Assembly: GCA_951406725.2 (NCBI GenBank)
Contig: OX597831.1
Location: 39,742,001-39,806,000, forward strand
DNA from: Octopus vulgaris
Taxonomy: Eukaryota
Direction: 5' to 3'
DNA: 64,000 bases
Position numbers and translations under genes: made by a program. This document shows positions 1 through 11,160 of this stretch, piece after piece; within the stretch, counting starts at the first letter, position 1; each line of letters opens with the position of its first letter. The notes under the pieces were generated by a model, which searched no databases, was not told the origin of the DNA, and worked only from the letters and a program-made list of their open reading frames with translations.

Positions 1-32
1 AACGTATACACATATATATATACATATTTAAA

Positions 33-190
33 ACGTGATTGATCAGACTATGAGATATTCTTATACATCGCTGGTCCCAATGTGCTTCACTGTGCATTGT
101 TTTAGCTTTTGAATGATGCCATCCCATTGGCTAAACAAGCGGGTCAACATTCCCCCTGATTGAAAGGCTAGTCCATTGCAGGGTTATCTT
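33..190 (-). mobile_element. Degraded SINE body and 3' tail (tail shared with copies at 4403-4470 and 53857-54178)
   Basis: Reverse complement resembles the tail ggctaaaacaatgc...accagcgatg...tcacg seen elsewhere in the window, preceded by a taaccctgcaatggactagc body. Confidence 0.55.
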
Positions 191-284
191 CTTTTCTGAT
201 AAAATAAGGGAGGTGAGAGAGTAGACGTTTATTCCATTTGTTCACAATTGTTTCATTATATTGTTAGTTATATTGTGGATATTA

Positions 285-423
285 CAATGGGGTGCTGAAA
301 AGTTCCTGGCTTAAGGGTATTGAGAAAGGCCCGGTTGGAGATCTGACCTTCGAAGTTATTTTACAGGGCTTACGAAGACTGGTGGACCGCTGCAATAAAT
401 GTGTGAAGCTGAGAGGGGAATAG
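285..423 (+). mobile_element. Non-autonomous mariner-like element, left end with transposase C-terminal remnant
   Basis: TA then CAATGGGGTGCTGAAAAGTTCCTGG terminal repeat; internal frame LQGLRRLVDRCNKCVKLRGE* resembles the mariner C-terminus (GI..L..RW.KC....G.Y). Matching right terminus seen at 53766-53790. Confidence 0.7.
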
Positions 424-493
424 TAGTATTGTATTTGTTTTTATCATTATTTATTAGTAGTATTGTATTTGTTCTTTTCATTATTTATTAGTA

Positions 494-658
494 GGCGCAG
501 GAGTGGCTGTGTGGTAAGTAGCTTGTTTACCAACCACATGGTTCCGGGTTCAGTCCCACTGCGTGGCACCTTGGGCAAGTGTCTTCTACTATAGCCTCAG
601 GCCTACCAAAGCCTTGTGAGTGGATTTGGTAGATGGAAACTGAAAGAAGCCCGTCGAA

Positions 659-696
<38 letters not shown>

Positions 697-905
697 TGTG
701 TGTGTTTGTGTGTCTGTGTTTGTCCCCTTAGCATTGTTTGACAACTGATGCTGGTGTGTTTATGTCCCCGTTACTTAGCAGTTCGGCAAATGAGACCGAT
801 AGAATAAGTACTGGGCTTACAAAAGAATAAGTCCCGGGGTTGTGTTGCTCGATTAAAGGCGGTGCTCCAGCATGGCCGCAGTCAAATGACTGAAACAAGT
901 AAAAG
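494..905 (+). mobile_element. Dominant tRNA-derived SINE (family A), full length
   Basis: A-box-like TGGCTGTGTGG, B-box-like GGTTCAGTCCC, CORE-like ACCTTGGGCAAGTG, internal (TA)n(TG)n, 3' end ...GACTGAAACAAGTAAAAG; about 30 related copies in the window. Confidence 0.9.
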
Positions 906-1309
906 TGTATTGTATTTGTTTTAATTCTGACAATTTGGGTTTCTCTATTTCCATGTCATTATATAAGCTGACTGATTCACCCTTTCCTTTCAGAGAAGTG
1001 ATTTCATCCGTTGGAAATTGATGATGCACCAATAAGAATACTTTCTCTCTCCACCCTTCACTTGATAGTCTTTGCCAAGAATGTCCAACCAAGTTGCCTT
1101 AATCTGTCTGTATGTCTCTGAGCAAACTAATGAGTCTGTTGCACCCATCCACCCCACCAACTACCATCCAGCTAATTACTTCTAAGTCAGTTGCTGCTTT
1201 TGGCACTGTTAGAATCCTATTTTCAGTACTTATAATCCAGGGAAACAACTACTGCTTGAACTGCTAAAAATAGCAGCCAAATCTCAAATCTCTTTCAAAT
1301 TACTGTCTC

Positions 1310-1530
1310 ATGTCCTTGGTCTCATAGGGCCAGGTGTTCCGTTTCCATGGCATATAAATGGCTGAATTTGCAACATTCCACCACTGAATGGGATGTGAAC
1401 CTGTGACAGGGTTATTCCTTTACAGTTGAGTGGATTTGAGGGAATGTGAAATGAAATGTCTGTTTCAAGAACGTAATGCACTGTCTGACTGCACAATGCA
1501 GAATGTAAAACCACGAGCTCCTGATTTTGA
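1310..1530 (-). mobile_element. Degraded tRNA-SINE related to 48365-48596
   Basis: Shared motifs gtttccatggc, tgggatg, acagggtta, tgaaatgaaatg, tcaagaac. Confidence 0.5.
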
Positions 1531-2340
1531 GTGCAACTATTCTGCTCAATATCTTAGCGATAAACGCATCCCAAATATTATTTTAGCAAGTTTAAAGTGA
1601 TTTCTTTTGTACCATAAACCATTTACCATTTCTGTGGTGCCCCCTCCTTTTCTTAATGCCCTAAGCATGTGCTTAAAGGTTAATCCAGTGCTGACAGGAA
1701 GGGCATCCAGCTATAGAAAATCTGCCTCACCAAATTCTGGCCAACCCATGTGCTTCCAATTCTGTCTTGATTACACCATTTTTTTTTTCCATCTCAACAA
1801 CCAAAATTGCTTGACCAAATCGTTTTCCCATCGTCGTGGACACCTTCCAAGTGGCATTTTCTGATCTCTTTCTTGGATACCATTCAGCAACGGCTTAGGT
1901 CAACCTGTTGTCTGTGGTCCTAGGGATATATGTCTGGCACAGCTGCACTTGTGCTTTCATTAAAGATGCAATTACATTATTTCCTCAGCTCTGTTCTAAA
2001 GCGCGCGCGTGCGCACACACACACACACACGCACACACATGTAAATATGTTTGTGTTTCTGTACTTTGTTATATATGTGTGTGTGTGTGTGTGCACTTCA
2101 TTAGAAATATTTCCTATGTTACATGTGTTTCTGTACCTAGTCATGTGTGTACCTGTGCTTTGTTTTACACACACACACACACACACACGAGTTGGTGCTT
2201 TGTGTGTGGGTGTGTATTGCTGTGCTTTTATTATATAAAGCATTTCTGTTCTCCCTTTGTGCACTTCATTATAAACATTTCTCTGCTTCATTATTATGCT
2301 TTGCGTATAGTGAAACTTGTTTATTTTGTTTTTGTTGTTG

Positions 2341-2382
2341 TAATAAATAGCAATAACGCTAGTAATAATAATAATAATAATG

Positions 2383-2414
<32 letters not shown>

Positions 2415-2450
2415 TGTTGCTGTTATAGTTGTTGTTATTATTATTATTAG
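2341..2450. repeat. (AAT)n/(TTG)n/(TTA)n trinucleotide microsatellite block
   Basis: Direct reading. Confidence 0.9.
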
Positions 2451-2534
2451 GTTTTGTTTTGTTAAGTTGCCTCTAGCAATAACGACTTATTAGCTATAAG
2501 CACCAGGGGATATGGTTAGCTAATGACTCCTTGT

Positions 2535-3200
2535 TACCACCACTACCATCATTGCCACCACCACAACAACAATATTGTTCTATTATTGTAGTTATGACCA
2601 TCACTATCATCAGCTGCAGTAGCATGACTATCATCATCACTATCATCATCACCACCTCCACCACCACCACCACCATCATCACAATCACCACAACTGTCAT
2701 AATCATCATCATCAACACTACCATCATCATGACCACCGCCACTACCATCATCATCATCAATACAAATAACAACAGCTCTGCTGTCATCACTACTATAGTC
2801 ACATCTGTAATCATCGTCATCATCACTGTCACCACAGCTAACAACAGCAGCGTCAGCATAACAATCAACCAACCACCATCACTATGACCACCTCACCAAC
2901 ATCTAACTATCATTACCATGACACCACCTTCACCACTGCCACTAACTCCATCACCACCACCAGCAACCTACCACCATTGTAGGGGGTGGAGATCCACCAT
3001 TGTCACCACCCTGTTGTCATCATCATCATCACTGCAGCCGCCAGTGGCACTACAACTGCCATCTCCAGCATCGCCAATCACCATCGTTACAACTACTGCC
3101 ATTTACTCACACTGTCACCTCCATCGTCACCACCACCACCACCACCACCACTGCCATCATCACAACTGTCACTACCACTGCACCCTCCACCCTATCACCA
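2535..3200. repeat. Low-complexity (CAC)n/(CAT)n tract
   Basis: Direct reading; explains the poly-H/T/P/I ORFs in the ORF track. Confidence 0.9.
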
Positions 3201-3735
3201 CCACCACCATCATCATCATCATCACCCGACTACCATCATTGGCTTCCCATCACCACCGTCATCACCACCACCACCATCATCATCATCACCACCCGACTAC
3301 CATCATCGGCTTCCCATCACCACCGTCATCACCACCACCATCATCATCATCACCACCCGACTACCATCATCGGCTTCCCATCACCACCACCACCACCACC
3401 ATCATCATCACCACCCGACTACCATCATCCGCTTCCCATCACCACCGTCATCACCACCACCATCATCATCATCACCACCCGACTACCATCATCCGCTTCC
3501 CATCACCACCACCACCACCACCATCATCATCACCACCCGACTACCATCATCCGCTTCCCATCACCACCGTCATCACCACCGTCCACCACCATCATCATCA
3601 TCACCACCCGACTACCATCATCCGCTTCCCATCACCTCCGTCATCACCACCACCACAACCACCATCATCGGCTTCTCATCACCACCACACAACTACCATC
3701 ATCGGCTTCCCATCACCACCGTCATCATCACGCTC
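3200..3735. repeat. Minisatellite of about 58-71 bp units (core CCCGACTACCATCATCCGCTTCCCATCACC), about 7 good plus 2 degenerate copies
   Basis: Core recurs near 3225, 3292, 3356, 3414, 3478, 3536 and 3607 with variable CAC/CAT spacers. Confidence 0.9.
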
Positions 3736-3989
3736 CACCACTGCTTCTCCCTATCTGTAAATCAGCTACTTCACTTGGCATCATATTAGAATCCTATTAC
3801 CGATGAAGCTTACTTATTCTGCGTTAAGAGGTTTTCTTCTGCTTTATTCCGCTCCAGTTCTTTTTCAAAATAAGATAAAATTTTTAAAAAATAGGCAGTT
3901 TTGTTGAAGAATAACTGGATTGATAGCTCTTCCTTTCTCTCTCTCTGTATGTATGTATGTACATATATATATGTGTGTGTGTGTTTGCA

Positions 3990-4300
3990 TGTCATCTTCA
4001 TCATTTGATGTCTGTCTTCGATGCTGGCATGGGTTGGATCGCTTGATAGGAGTTGGCAAGCCTGAGGACTGTACCAAGATCCACTGTCTTCTTTGGCAGG
4101 GTTATTAAGGCTGGATGCCCTTCCTAACATCAACCACTTTACAGAATGGACTGGAAGTTTTTTTTTTATGCCACACCAGCACCAATGAGGTCTGCTTTGG
4201 CATGGTTTTGAAGGCTCGATGCCCTTCCTAGTACCAACCATTTTGGAGAGTGGACTGGGTGCTTTTTATGTGGCACCAGTACCAGCGAGGTCTGCTTTCG
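3990..4300 (-). mobile_element. RTE-type LINE 3' end (family B)
   Basis: Shared motifs tgctagcatgggttgg, gctggatgcccttcctaa, ttttatgtggcacc; (GAT)n tail on the minus strand. Confidence 0.7.
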
Positions 4301-4402
4301 CATATTTATATATAGATATGTGTATATATGGATATATTTGTAACAAGAATATCAAAACAGTAATTGTTGTGAATAAATTTATTTAAAGAACTAATATGCA
4401 GT

Positions 4403-4663
4403 ATCACGTGATTACGTGACCGACCAGGCTATGCTGATCACAATGCGCTTTGCATTGTTTTAGCCTGCAGGCTAACAGAAGAAAGAGTGAGAGAAAGTTG
4501 CGGCAAAAGAGTACAGCAGGGATCGTCATTATCCCCTGCTGGAGCCTCGTGGAACTTTAGGTGTTTTCGCTCAATAAACACTCACAACGCCCAGTCTGGG
4601 AATTGAAACTGCTATCTTACGACCACGAGTCCGCTGCCCTAACCACTGGGCCTTTGCGCCTCC
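4403..4663 (-). mobile_element. tRNA-SINE with the same head as 28526-28918 but a different tail
   Basis: Reverse complement starts GGAGGCGCAAAGGCCCAGTGGTTAGGGCAGCGGACTCGTGGTC and ends ...CCTGGTCGGTCACGTAATCACGTGAT. Confidence 0.8.
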
Positions 4664-4751
4664 AATATGCAATATAATTAGTGATATATGTTTTGCTGTG
4701 AATGTATAATTTGCGTAAAAACTTGCAAGATCTTTTTGGTAACTAAAAATG

Positions 4752-4790
4752 AAAAACCTGTTTCGTCTTTATTGAAACTCATCAGTGTTT
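4752..4790 (-). ncRNA. Minimal hammerhead ribozyme motif, degenerate helix I
   Basis: Minus strand CUGAUGA-GUUU caauaa AGAC-GAAAC-AG-GUU. Confidence 0.5.
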
Positions 4791-4927
4791 TTTTTTTTTT
4801 AATATATCGAACCACCGCACTGCTGAAGTTACATAAAAGTATAAACATTTTTTGAAATATTAAAGCAAATTTAAACCATATTTGTTTATTGTTGCTCTAT
4901 ATGACTTCAGTATAAACATCACACACA

Positions 4928-4969
<42 letters not shown>

Positions 4970-6029
4970 AGCTAGCAGAATTGTTAGCATGCTTGACAAA
5001 AATGCTGAACGGCATTTTATCCTTTTGTTCTAACTATAAATTCTGCGGAGTTCGAATACCAGCTTGCTCTGGGGGCTGTAGGAGGAGACATTTGCCCAAA
5101 GCGTCACACAGTGGGACTGAACCCAGGACCATGTTATTTGCAAGTAAATCTCCAAGTTCCATGCCGACCTGTGTTCAGTGTTTTGACAAGATCTGATAGG
5201 TTCAAAGACTGGGTTGCGCTCTAATGCCTGCTTTGGCATGGTTTCTACAGCTGGATGCCTAGTGGTTTTCTTGCCCCAATGCTAGGCATTCAGGTCACTT
5301 CAGGGTCACTATCAGACACCGTTCCTTTTATTTCCTTTGTTTCCCCATAAACTTGTATCACTACAACCACTTAGCCTTTTTTATTTATCTATTTATGTAA
5401 TTTATTTTTTTATGTTTTTTGTTATCCATCTTATGCCATAATTGGAGCATGCAATACATACAATTGCTTACGCTCACACATATAAATAAGACACACACAC
5501 ATGGACCTACACAAACACCACTCGTGAAGGCCCCCCCCTCCACTCCACACGTATTCTCAGAGATCTATATAAAATTCCTTTGCTGTGATTATTGCTTTTC
5601 TTCCCTCAATATCCTCCTCCCTCACTTCACCTGCCTCTGCCCCCTCCTCCTCCTCCTTCAATGCTTTCTTTTTTTCTTTTTCTCCGTTTCTCTTTCATCT
5701 CTTCTTTCTCTCGTCATCCTCCGTCACTCCGGTTATTGATTTACCCCTACCTCCACCCTACATAAGTACTGCTATTAATGATTGATATTATTGACATCAT
5801 TCTAGTGTTTCTTTATTCACTCACACTTGTGTTTCTTCTCGCTCTTTCCTCTGCCTGTCTAGTCTTTCCGTCTGTGTGTCCCTCCCTCTCTCTCTTACTT
5901 TGTCTCTCTCTTTCTCTGTTTCTGTCTCTCTCTTTCTCTCTCTCTCTCTCTCCATAGATTTTCCTTCCTCCATCTGTCGTTCTATCCGTCCAGTTTATCT
6001 CTGTGTGTGTATGTGAGTGTTTTATCATT

Positions 6030-6223
6030 TATTTACATGTTTCAGTCATTTGACTACGGCCATGCTGGAGCACTGCCTCAAAGGGTTTTCATTGAAGAAA
6101 TTGACCCCAGGACTTACTTTTGAGCCTAATACGTATTTTATTGTTTTTGTTTTGCCGGACTGTTAAGTTATGGGTGTGCAAGCACACCAACACAGGTTGT
6201 CAAGCTGTAATGTAGGAGAATGG

Positions 6224-6256
<33 letters not shown>

Positions 6257-7000
6257 CAACAAGCTTCTTTCAGTTTCCTCCTACCAAATCCACTCACAAG
6301 GCTTTGGTTGGTCCAACAAATCAACTCCAACAATTAATTTTTCACAGTCTGATATTCATTCTGTTGGTCAGTCTTTGCAGAGCCATTAAGTTAGGGAGAC
6401 ATAAACAAACCAACGTTGGTTGTCAAGTAATGGTGGTTGAGGACAAAAGTGACACAAGTGTGTAAAGATGAGTTTCCATACTGTCTCCATCTACTAAATT
6501 CACTCACAAAGCACTTATTGTCCCCAGGCCTATATTAGAAGAACTTGCCCAAGGTGCCGTGCATTGGGACTGAACTGCAAACCACATCGCTGCAAAGCAA
6601 GCTTCTTAACCACACGGCCATGTCTGTGTTAATTTGTATTTCTGTATTTTATTCTTTCATTCATTTGACTGTGGCCATGCTGGAGCACTGCCTTAAAAGG
6701 TTTTCATTGAACAGGGCTCACTTTTAAGCCTAGTACTTATTCTATTGCTGAACTGCTCGGTTATGGGTACGTAAACACACCAACACCAGTTGCCAAGCGG
6801 TGATGTGGGGGGACAGACAAACACACACACACACACACACATATAGTGGGCTTCTTTTAGTTTCCTCCTGCCAAATCCACTCACAAGGCTTTGGTTGGTC
6901 CAAGGCTATAGTAGAAAACACTTGCCCAAGGTACCATGCAGTGGGACTGAACCTGGAACCATATGGTTGGGAAGCAAGCTTCTTTCCACTCAGCCATACC
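6030..7000 (-). mobile_element. Three tandem family-A SINE copies (about 6030-6310, 6330-6620, 6655-7000)
   Basis: Repeated reverse-complement family-A motifs (ccatgctggagcac, aaatccactcacaaggc, cacttgcccaaggt). Confidence 0.8.
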
Positions 7001-7120
7001 TCTGTGATTTATGGATTGTATGTTTTGTCCTGATTAGATTGCTTCAAAATAATATTGATTGATTATCTGCTCAATAGCAAACTTATAAAAAAAATAAAGA
7101 TATATTTAAAATATATACAT

Positions 7121-7515
7121 AGGTGCAGGAGTGGCTCTGTGGTAAGAAGCTTGCTTCCCAACCACATGGTTTCAGGTTCAGTCCTACTGCATAGCACCTT
7201 GGGCAAGTGCCTTCTACAATAGCCTCAGGCTAACCGAAGCCTTCTGGGTGGATTCGGTAGATAGAAACTGAAAGAAATCTGTGTTTGTCCCAGCTCCCTT
7301 GCTTGACAACCGATAGTTGGTCTGTTTACGTCCCCGTAACTTAGCAGTTCGGCAAATGTTGGTCTGTTTACGTCCCCGTAACTTAGCAGTTCGGCAAATA
7401 AGACTGACAGAATAAGTACTAGGCTTACAAAGAATAAGTCTTGGGGTTGATTTGTTCCACTAATGACAGTGCACTAACTTAACCGCAGTCAAATGGCTGA
7501 ATCAAACAAAAGAAT
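7121..7515 (+). mobile_element. Family-A SINE with an internal ~42-bp tandem duplication
   Basis: Family-A motifs; GTTGGTCTGTTTACGTCCCCGTAACTTAGCAGTTCGGCAAAT occurs twice at about 7316-7399. Confidence 0.85.
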
Positions 7516-7799
7516 ATACACATTTTTGACCTGGCTTTGACCTGGCTGGATACAAACAAGCTAGCTGTCATAAACGAGTGCCTTATGACAGCTAACTTGC
7601 CATGCTTTATTCACCATACACGCACACACACACACACACGCACGCACGCACAAACACACTTGTCATCCTTGCACACACATACACACCCATGCACCCACAC
7701 ACATTCCTTTTTTTGAAGCTCTCTTGTTTTTAAAAATCATGATTCGTCTACCTCTCAACTTCTGTTCTTTCAACATGTGATCTCTTGAGCACCACCAGC

Positions 7800-7977
7800 A
7801 CAAATATTTTTTTCCTCTGTCTTCCCTTCTTGGGATCTTTCCTTCTCCTTGTTTCCGACGAAGAGCTCCGCTCGAAACGTTAAACCCTCCTTCCCTTCTT
7901 TCCTGAGCATCAGATAATACTTTAATTGTTCCCACGTCCTCGCGTTGCTGTTTTTTTCTGTGTTTTCTTGTTGGAAT

Positions 7978-7982
<5 letters not shown>
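7800..7982 (+). mobile_element. Penelope-like terminal repeat fragment (family P1) with minimal hammerhead at 7851-7885
   Basis: Near-identical segments at 19810-19998 and 23835-24022; GUUU-C(C)GACGA-A-GAGC ucc GCUC-GAAAC-GU-U-AAAC; abuts (TA)n. Confidence 0.65.
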
Positions 7983-8019
<37 letters not shown>

Positions 8020-8259
8020 CACATACAAATGTGCACACATGCATATGTGTATGTGCACACACATGCATACATTAAAACAAACAAAACAAAAAGGACTCAG
8101 TTCAGATAACGGACAGTCAACGACTATTGAAATGAATGTAAGATGCAATGAAAATTTTAGTAAAAATATATGAGTGGAAATCGGACCGGTGAGTGTGTCA
8201 AATTAATAAGGCATTAAAAGAGAATGACTCTCCCCAGGCACAATATATATATATATATA

Positions 8260-8610
8260 CTTTATTTAAAAGCAGCAGAAATTGAACAAAAGCTGCTACT
8301 CGGAGTTCTCGTTCCCGTTCATTGGACAGTTTTATTAAAATGGAACCGAGATAACAATTTGATCAGAACAAGCTAAACGATACACCTTTCAAAATGGATT
8401 TGTTTGATTGGTCCTTTCAAATAACGGTCATATGTGAGCGATAAACAAAAGTAAACAAAACAAAATAAATGAGTTTAAAATGAAATTATAAAAATTGAGG
8501 AAAAACCTTAAATCAAAGACTTCATTCAAATACATATCGTCATTAATTATGTAGAAAATATAATTTGATTAATACAATTAATACATAAAAATTGAAATTA
8601 ATATATATTA
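8260..8610 (-). mobile_element. Probable Penelope-like fragment with decayed hammerhead (8293-8329)
   Basis: Begins at (TA)n with tttatttaaaagcagcagaaa, also seen at about 26690; minus strand CUGU-CCAAUGA-ACG ggaa CGA-GAAC-UCCGA-GUA-GCAG. Confidence 0.45.
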
Positions 8611-8640
8611 AAATATTTCACAACAGTATATATACTCATA

Positions 8641-9058
8641 GGCGCAGGAGTGGCTGTGTGGTAAGTAGCTTGCTAACCAACCACATGGTTCCGGGTTCAG
8701 TCCCATTGCGTGGCATCTTGGGCAAGTGTCTTCTGCTATAGCCCCCTGGCTGACCAATGCCTTGTGAGTGGATTTGGTAGACGGAAACTGAAAGAAGCCT
8801 GTCGTATATATGTATATATATATATATATAAGTGTGTGTGTATATGTTTGTGTGTCTGTGTTTGTCCCCCTAGCATTGCTTGACAACCGATGCTGGTGTG
8901 TTTACGTCCCCGTCACTTAGCGGTTCGGCAAAAGAGACCGATAGAATAAGTACTAGGCTTACAAAGAATAAGTCCCGGGGTCGATTTGCTCGACTAAAGG
9001 CGGTGCTCCAGCATGGCCGCAGTCAAATGACTGAAACAAGTAGAAGAGTAAAAGAGAG
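8641..9058 (+). mobile_element. Family-A SINE, full length, CpG-retaining (young)
   Basis: Complete head, internal microsatellite and GTAAAAGA-type tail. Confidence 0.9.
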
Positions 9059-9564
9059 TATATATATATATTCAGTAGGGTATTAAATATCACTTGCTAA
9101 AATCAGAGCCAACACTCCAAAACCACAAGAAACTCCCTATAAAGATACACATGAGCAATGCAATGAACATTTGAGAAATAGGCTTTGCGTTCAATACATC
9201 AGTAAGTAATGTATGTTTCAATACTAATTAATATCACCATCTGTATGACCAACATACTGTGAGATCTTCAGTTGAAAATAACATTTTAACCTCCATTTCT
9301 AAAATATTCCCTACATTAGCTCGTGTGCGTGCCTTACTTTAAACGTCCCATGCCATTTAAAAGAGAACTATCGTGATCAAGAATAAATTTAATTAAAGAT
9401 GTGTTATTACCGTTCTTAATGATATTAATAAGATAATAATGTGTGCACATTTGTATGTATGTATATACTCTGCATGTATGTGTGTATGCATATATGTATG
9501 CATGTGTGCACATTTGTGTGTGTGTATATATATATATATAGATATATATATATATATGTATATA

Positions 9565-10116
9565 CAGGGTTATTAAAAAAGAATGAACCAATTTCATTAC
9601 GCAATATTTTAATAAGGAAAAGCAATAGAGAACTCCAGCTAAGTCACAAGTATTTACTCACAATCAACTTTTATTTTCTGTCATACAAGTGTTCAATGTG
9701 GCCATCACCAGCAGCATGAGCCACATCAGTGCGATAATAGAATTCCTCTCAAATGCACATCAGCAGATCATGATCCACTGAGTTGATCACAGTTGTTATT
9801 TGAAGTTTAAAGGTCATCGAGGTTAGTGGGTAGCGGTGGAGTATTCTAAGTTTTGAATGGCCACCACACCTTAAACATCGAATAACAACAGCGATCAACA
9901 CATTGGATTGTGATATGCTGATAGGCGTCTGGAAGGAATTCTCTTATCGCATTGATGTTGCCAGTGCTTCAGGTGGTGGCCACATCGGACACTTGTCAGA
10001 CAGGAAATAAAAATTGATTGTGAGTAAATACTTGTGACTTAGCTGGAGTTTTCTATTGCTTTTAATTATTAAAATATTGCCTAATGAAATCAGTTCATTC
10101 TTTTTCAATAACCCTA
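9565..10116. mobile_element. Tc1/mariner-derived fold-back element built from two inverted transposase 3' ends
   Basis: TA-CAGGGTTATT...AATAACCCTA termini; arms about 9565-9810 and 9870-10116 are reverse complements; right arm reads LKHRITTAINTLDCDMLIGVWKEFSYRIDVASASGGGHIGHL and the left arm a homologous peptide on the minus strand. Confidence 0.85.
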
Positions 10117-10257
10117 TCATCATCATCATCATCGTTTAGCGTCCGTTTTCCATGCTAGCATGGGTTGGACGGTTCTACTGGGGTCTGTGAAGCCAGAAGG
10201 CTTCATCAGGCCCAGTCAAATCTGGCAGTGTTTCTACAGCTGGATGCCCTTCCTAAC

Positions 10258-10260
<3 letters not shown>
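10117..10260 (-). mobile_element. RTE-type LINE 3' end (family B)
   Basis: (CAT)n then cgtttagcgtccgttttccatgctagcatgggttggacgg...gctggatgcccttcctaacgcc. Confidence 0.8.
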
Positions 10261-10292
<32 letters not shown>

Positions 10293-10294
<2 letters not shown>

Positions 10295-10645
10295 CATTAA
10301 TAGAATGAGATAAAAATCCAAGGCTGTGAAAGATTTCAGAACATTTATAAAGAGGTCTTACAGCTGTTTCTGGGATATTATATATATCCCTTCATTGGAG
10401 ATAGTGCGCGAAATGGTCAAGCAATAATTATTCTAGAGAAGATATGAAATAGTGAGTGAAGTGGAGGAATGAAAATGAAAACAGGCGTGCGATATGCAGG
10501 GATCTGGTATCTGCAGTTCCATTATTTAATCAGAATGGTATACATATGTTTCCAGTGCCTTGTGTCTAAGTTCCAATAGTATTTAAAATTGGTCATTCCA
10601 AGCATCGTTTGTACACGGTGTTATTGGATTGAGGGTTTTATATAT
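10293..10645 (-). mobile_element. Penelope-like 3' fragment with decayed hammerhead (10355-10402)
   Basis: Minus-strand remnant KRCLE*...IPF*LN resembles the GIY-YIG C-terminal P.GLN motif; HHR homologous to 59239-59294; flanked by (TA)n. Confidence 0.55.
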
Positions 10646-10664
10646 AATGCCCTCTGTCTGGCAT

Positions 10665-10847
10665 TCGCCATGATAGATCGCTAACCACTGAACGTTTTTG
10701 TTTTCTCTCCCAGTTTATTTTCGTGTTCCTTTCTGACGAAGAGCGTAGGCTCAAAATGTAAAAGACTTTCTCACTTCCCGAGTGTTAAACTAATACTTCT
10801 GTTTGTTATTTACAGACCCATCTTCGCCTTTTTTTTTTTGTAAATTC

Positions 10848-10852
<5 letters not shown>
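10665..10852 (+). mobile_element. Penelope-like terminal repeat fragment (family P2) with minimal HHR-like motif 10729-10764
   Basis: Homologous to 33770-33990, 50390-50572 and 60981-61172; CUUU-CUGACGA-A-GAGC guag GCUC-(A)AAAU-GU-A-AAAG. Confidence 0.6.
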
Positions 10853-10882
<30 letters not shown>

Positions 10883-10889
10883 GTTAAAT

Positions 10890-11160
10890 AAACATCAGAG
10901 GTGCTTTGCCCTACGCAGGAACTGCAGGAGCTACTCAGAGGTTTTGCAAGCTTTTCTAAATCCATTGCAAAAGCTGGAAACCTTTTCTTTGCTCTTTATC
11001 CTGTATGCTTTACCTGGGTGGGGCATCGAGGACTGATCTAGTCTTCACCAAGAAAAGAGTTCCATTTGTGGTTTCTTATCAACCATAGCCATCTTGAGTT
11101 TGTTCCAGCTGCTGTGCTTATTTCTTCAGTTGTCTGGGCATGTTTTTGTTCTTATTGCCA
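10890..11160 (-). mobile_element. Possible 3' remnant of a Hero/NeSL-like (RLE) non-LTR retrotransposon
   Basis: With one frameshift the minus strand reads EEISTAA-EQNSRWLWLIRNHKWN, resembling the C-terminal AAE.sSRWLW..R motif of such elements (recognised from memory). Confidence 0.45.

Noticed and set aside
2494-3806. Long ORFs rich in His/Pro/Thr/Val/Met
   Set aside because: Open in several frames on both strands because CAC/CAT repeats lack stops; no splice or domain evidence
10183-10212. CUGAUGA followed by an AGCC/GGCU hairpin on the minus strand
   Set aside because: No GAAA or NUH follows; it is a hairpin of the RTE-type 3' UTR
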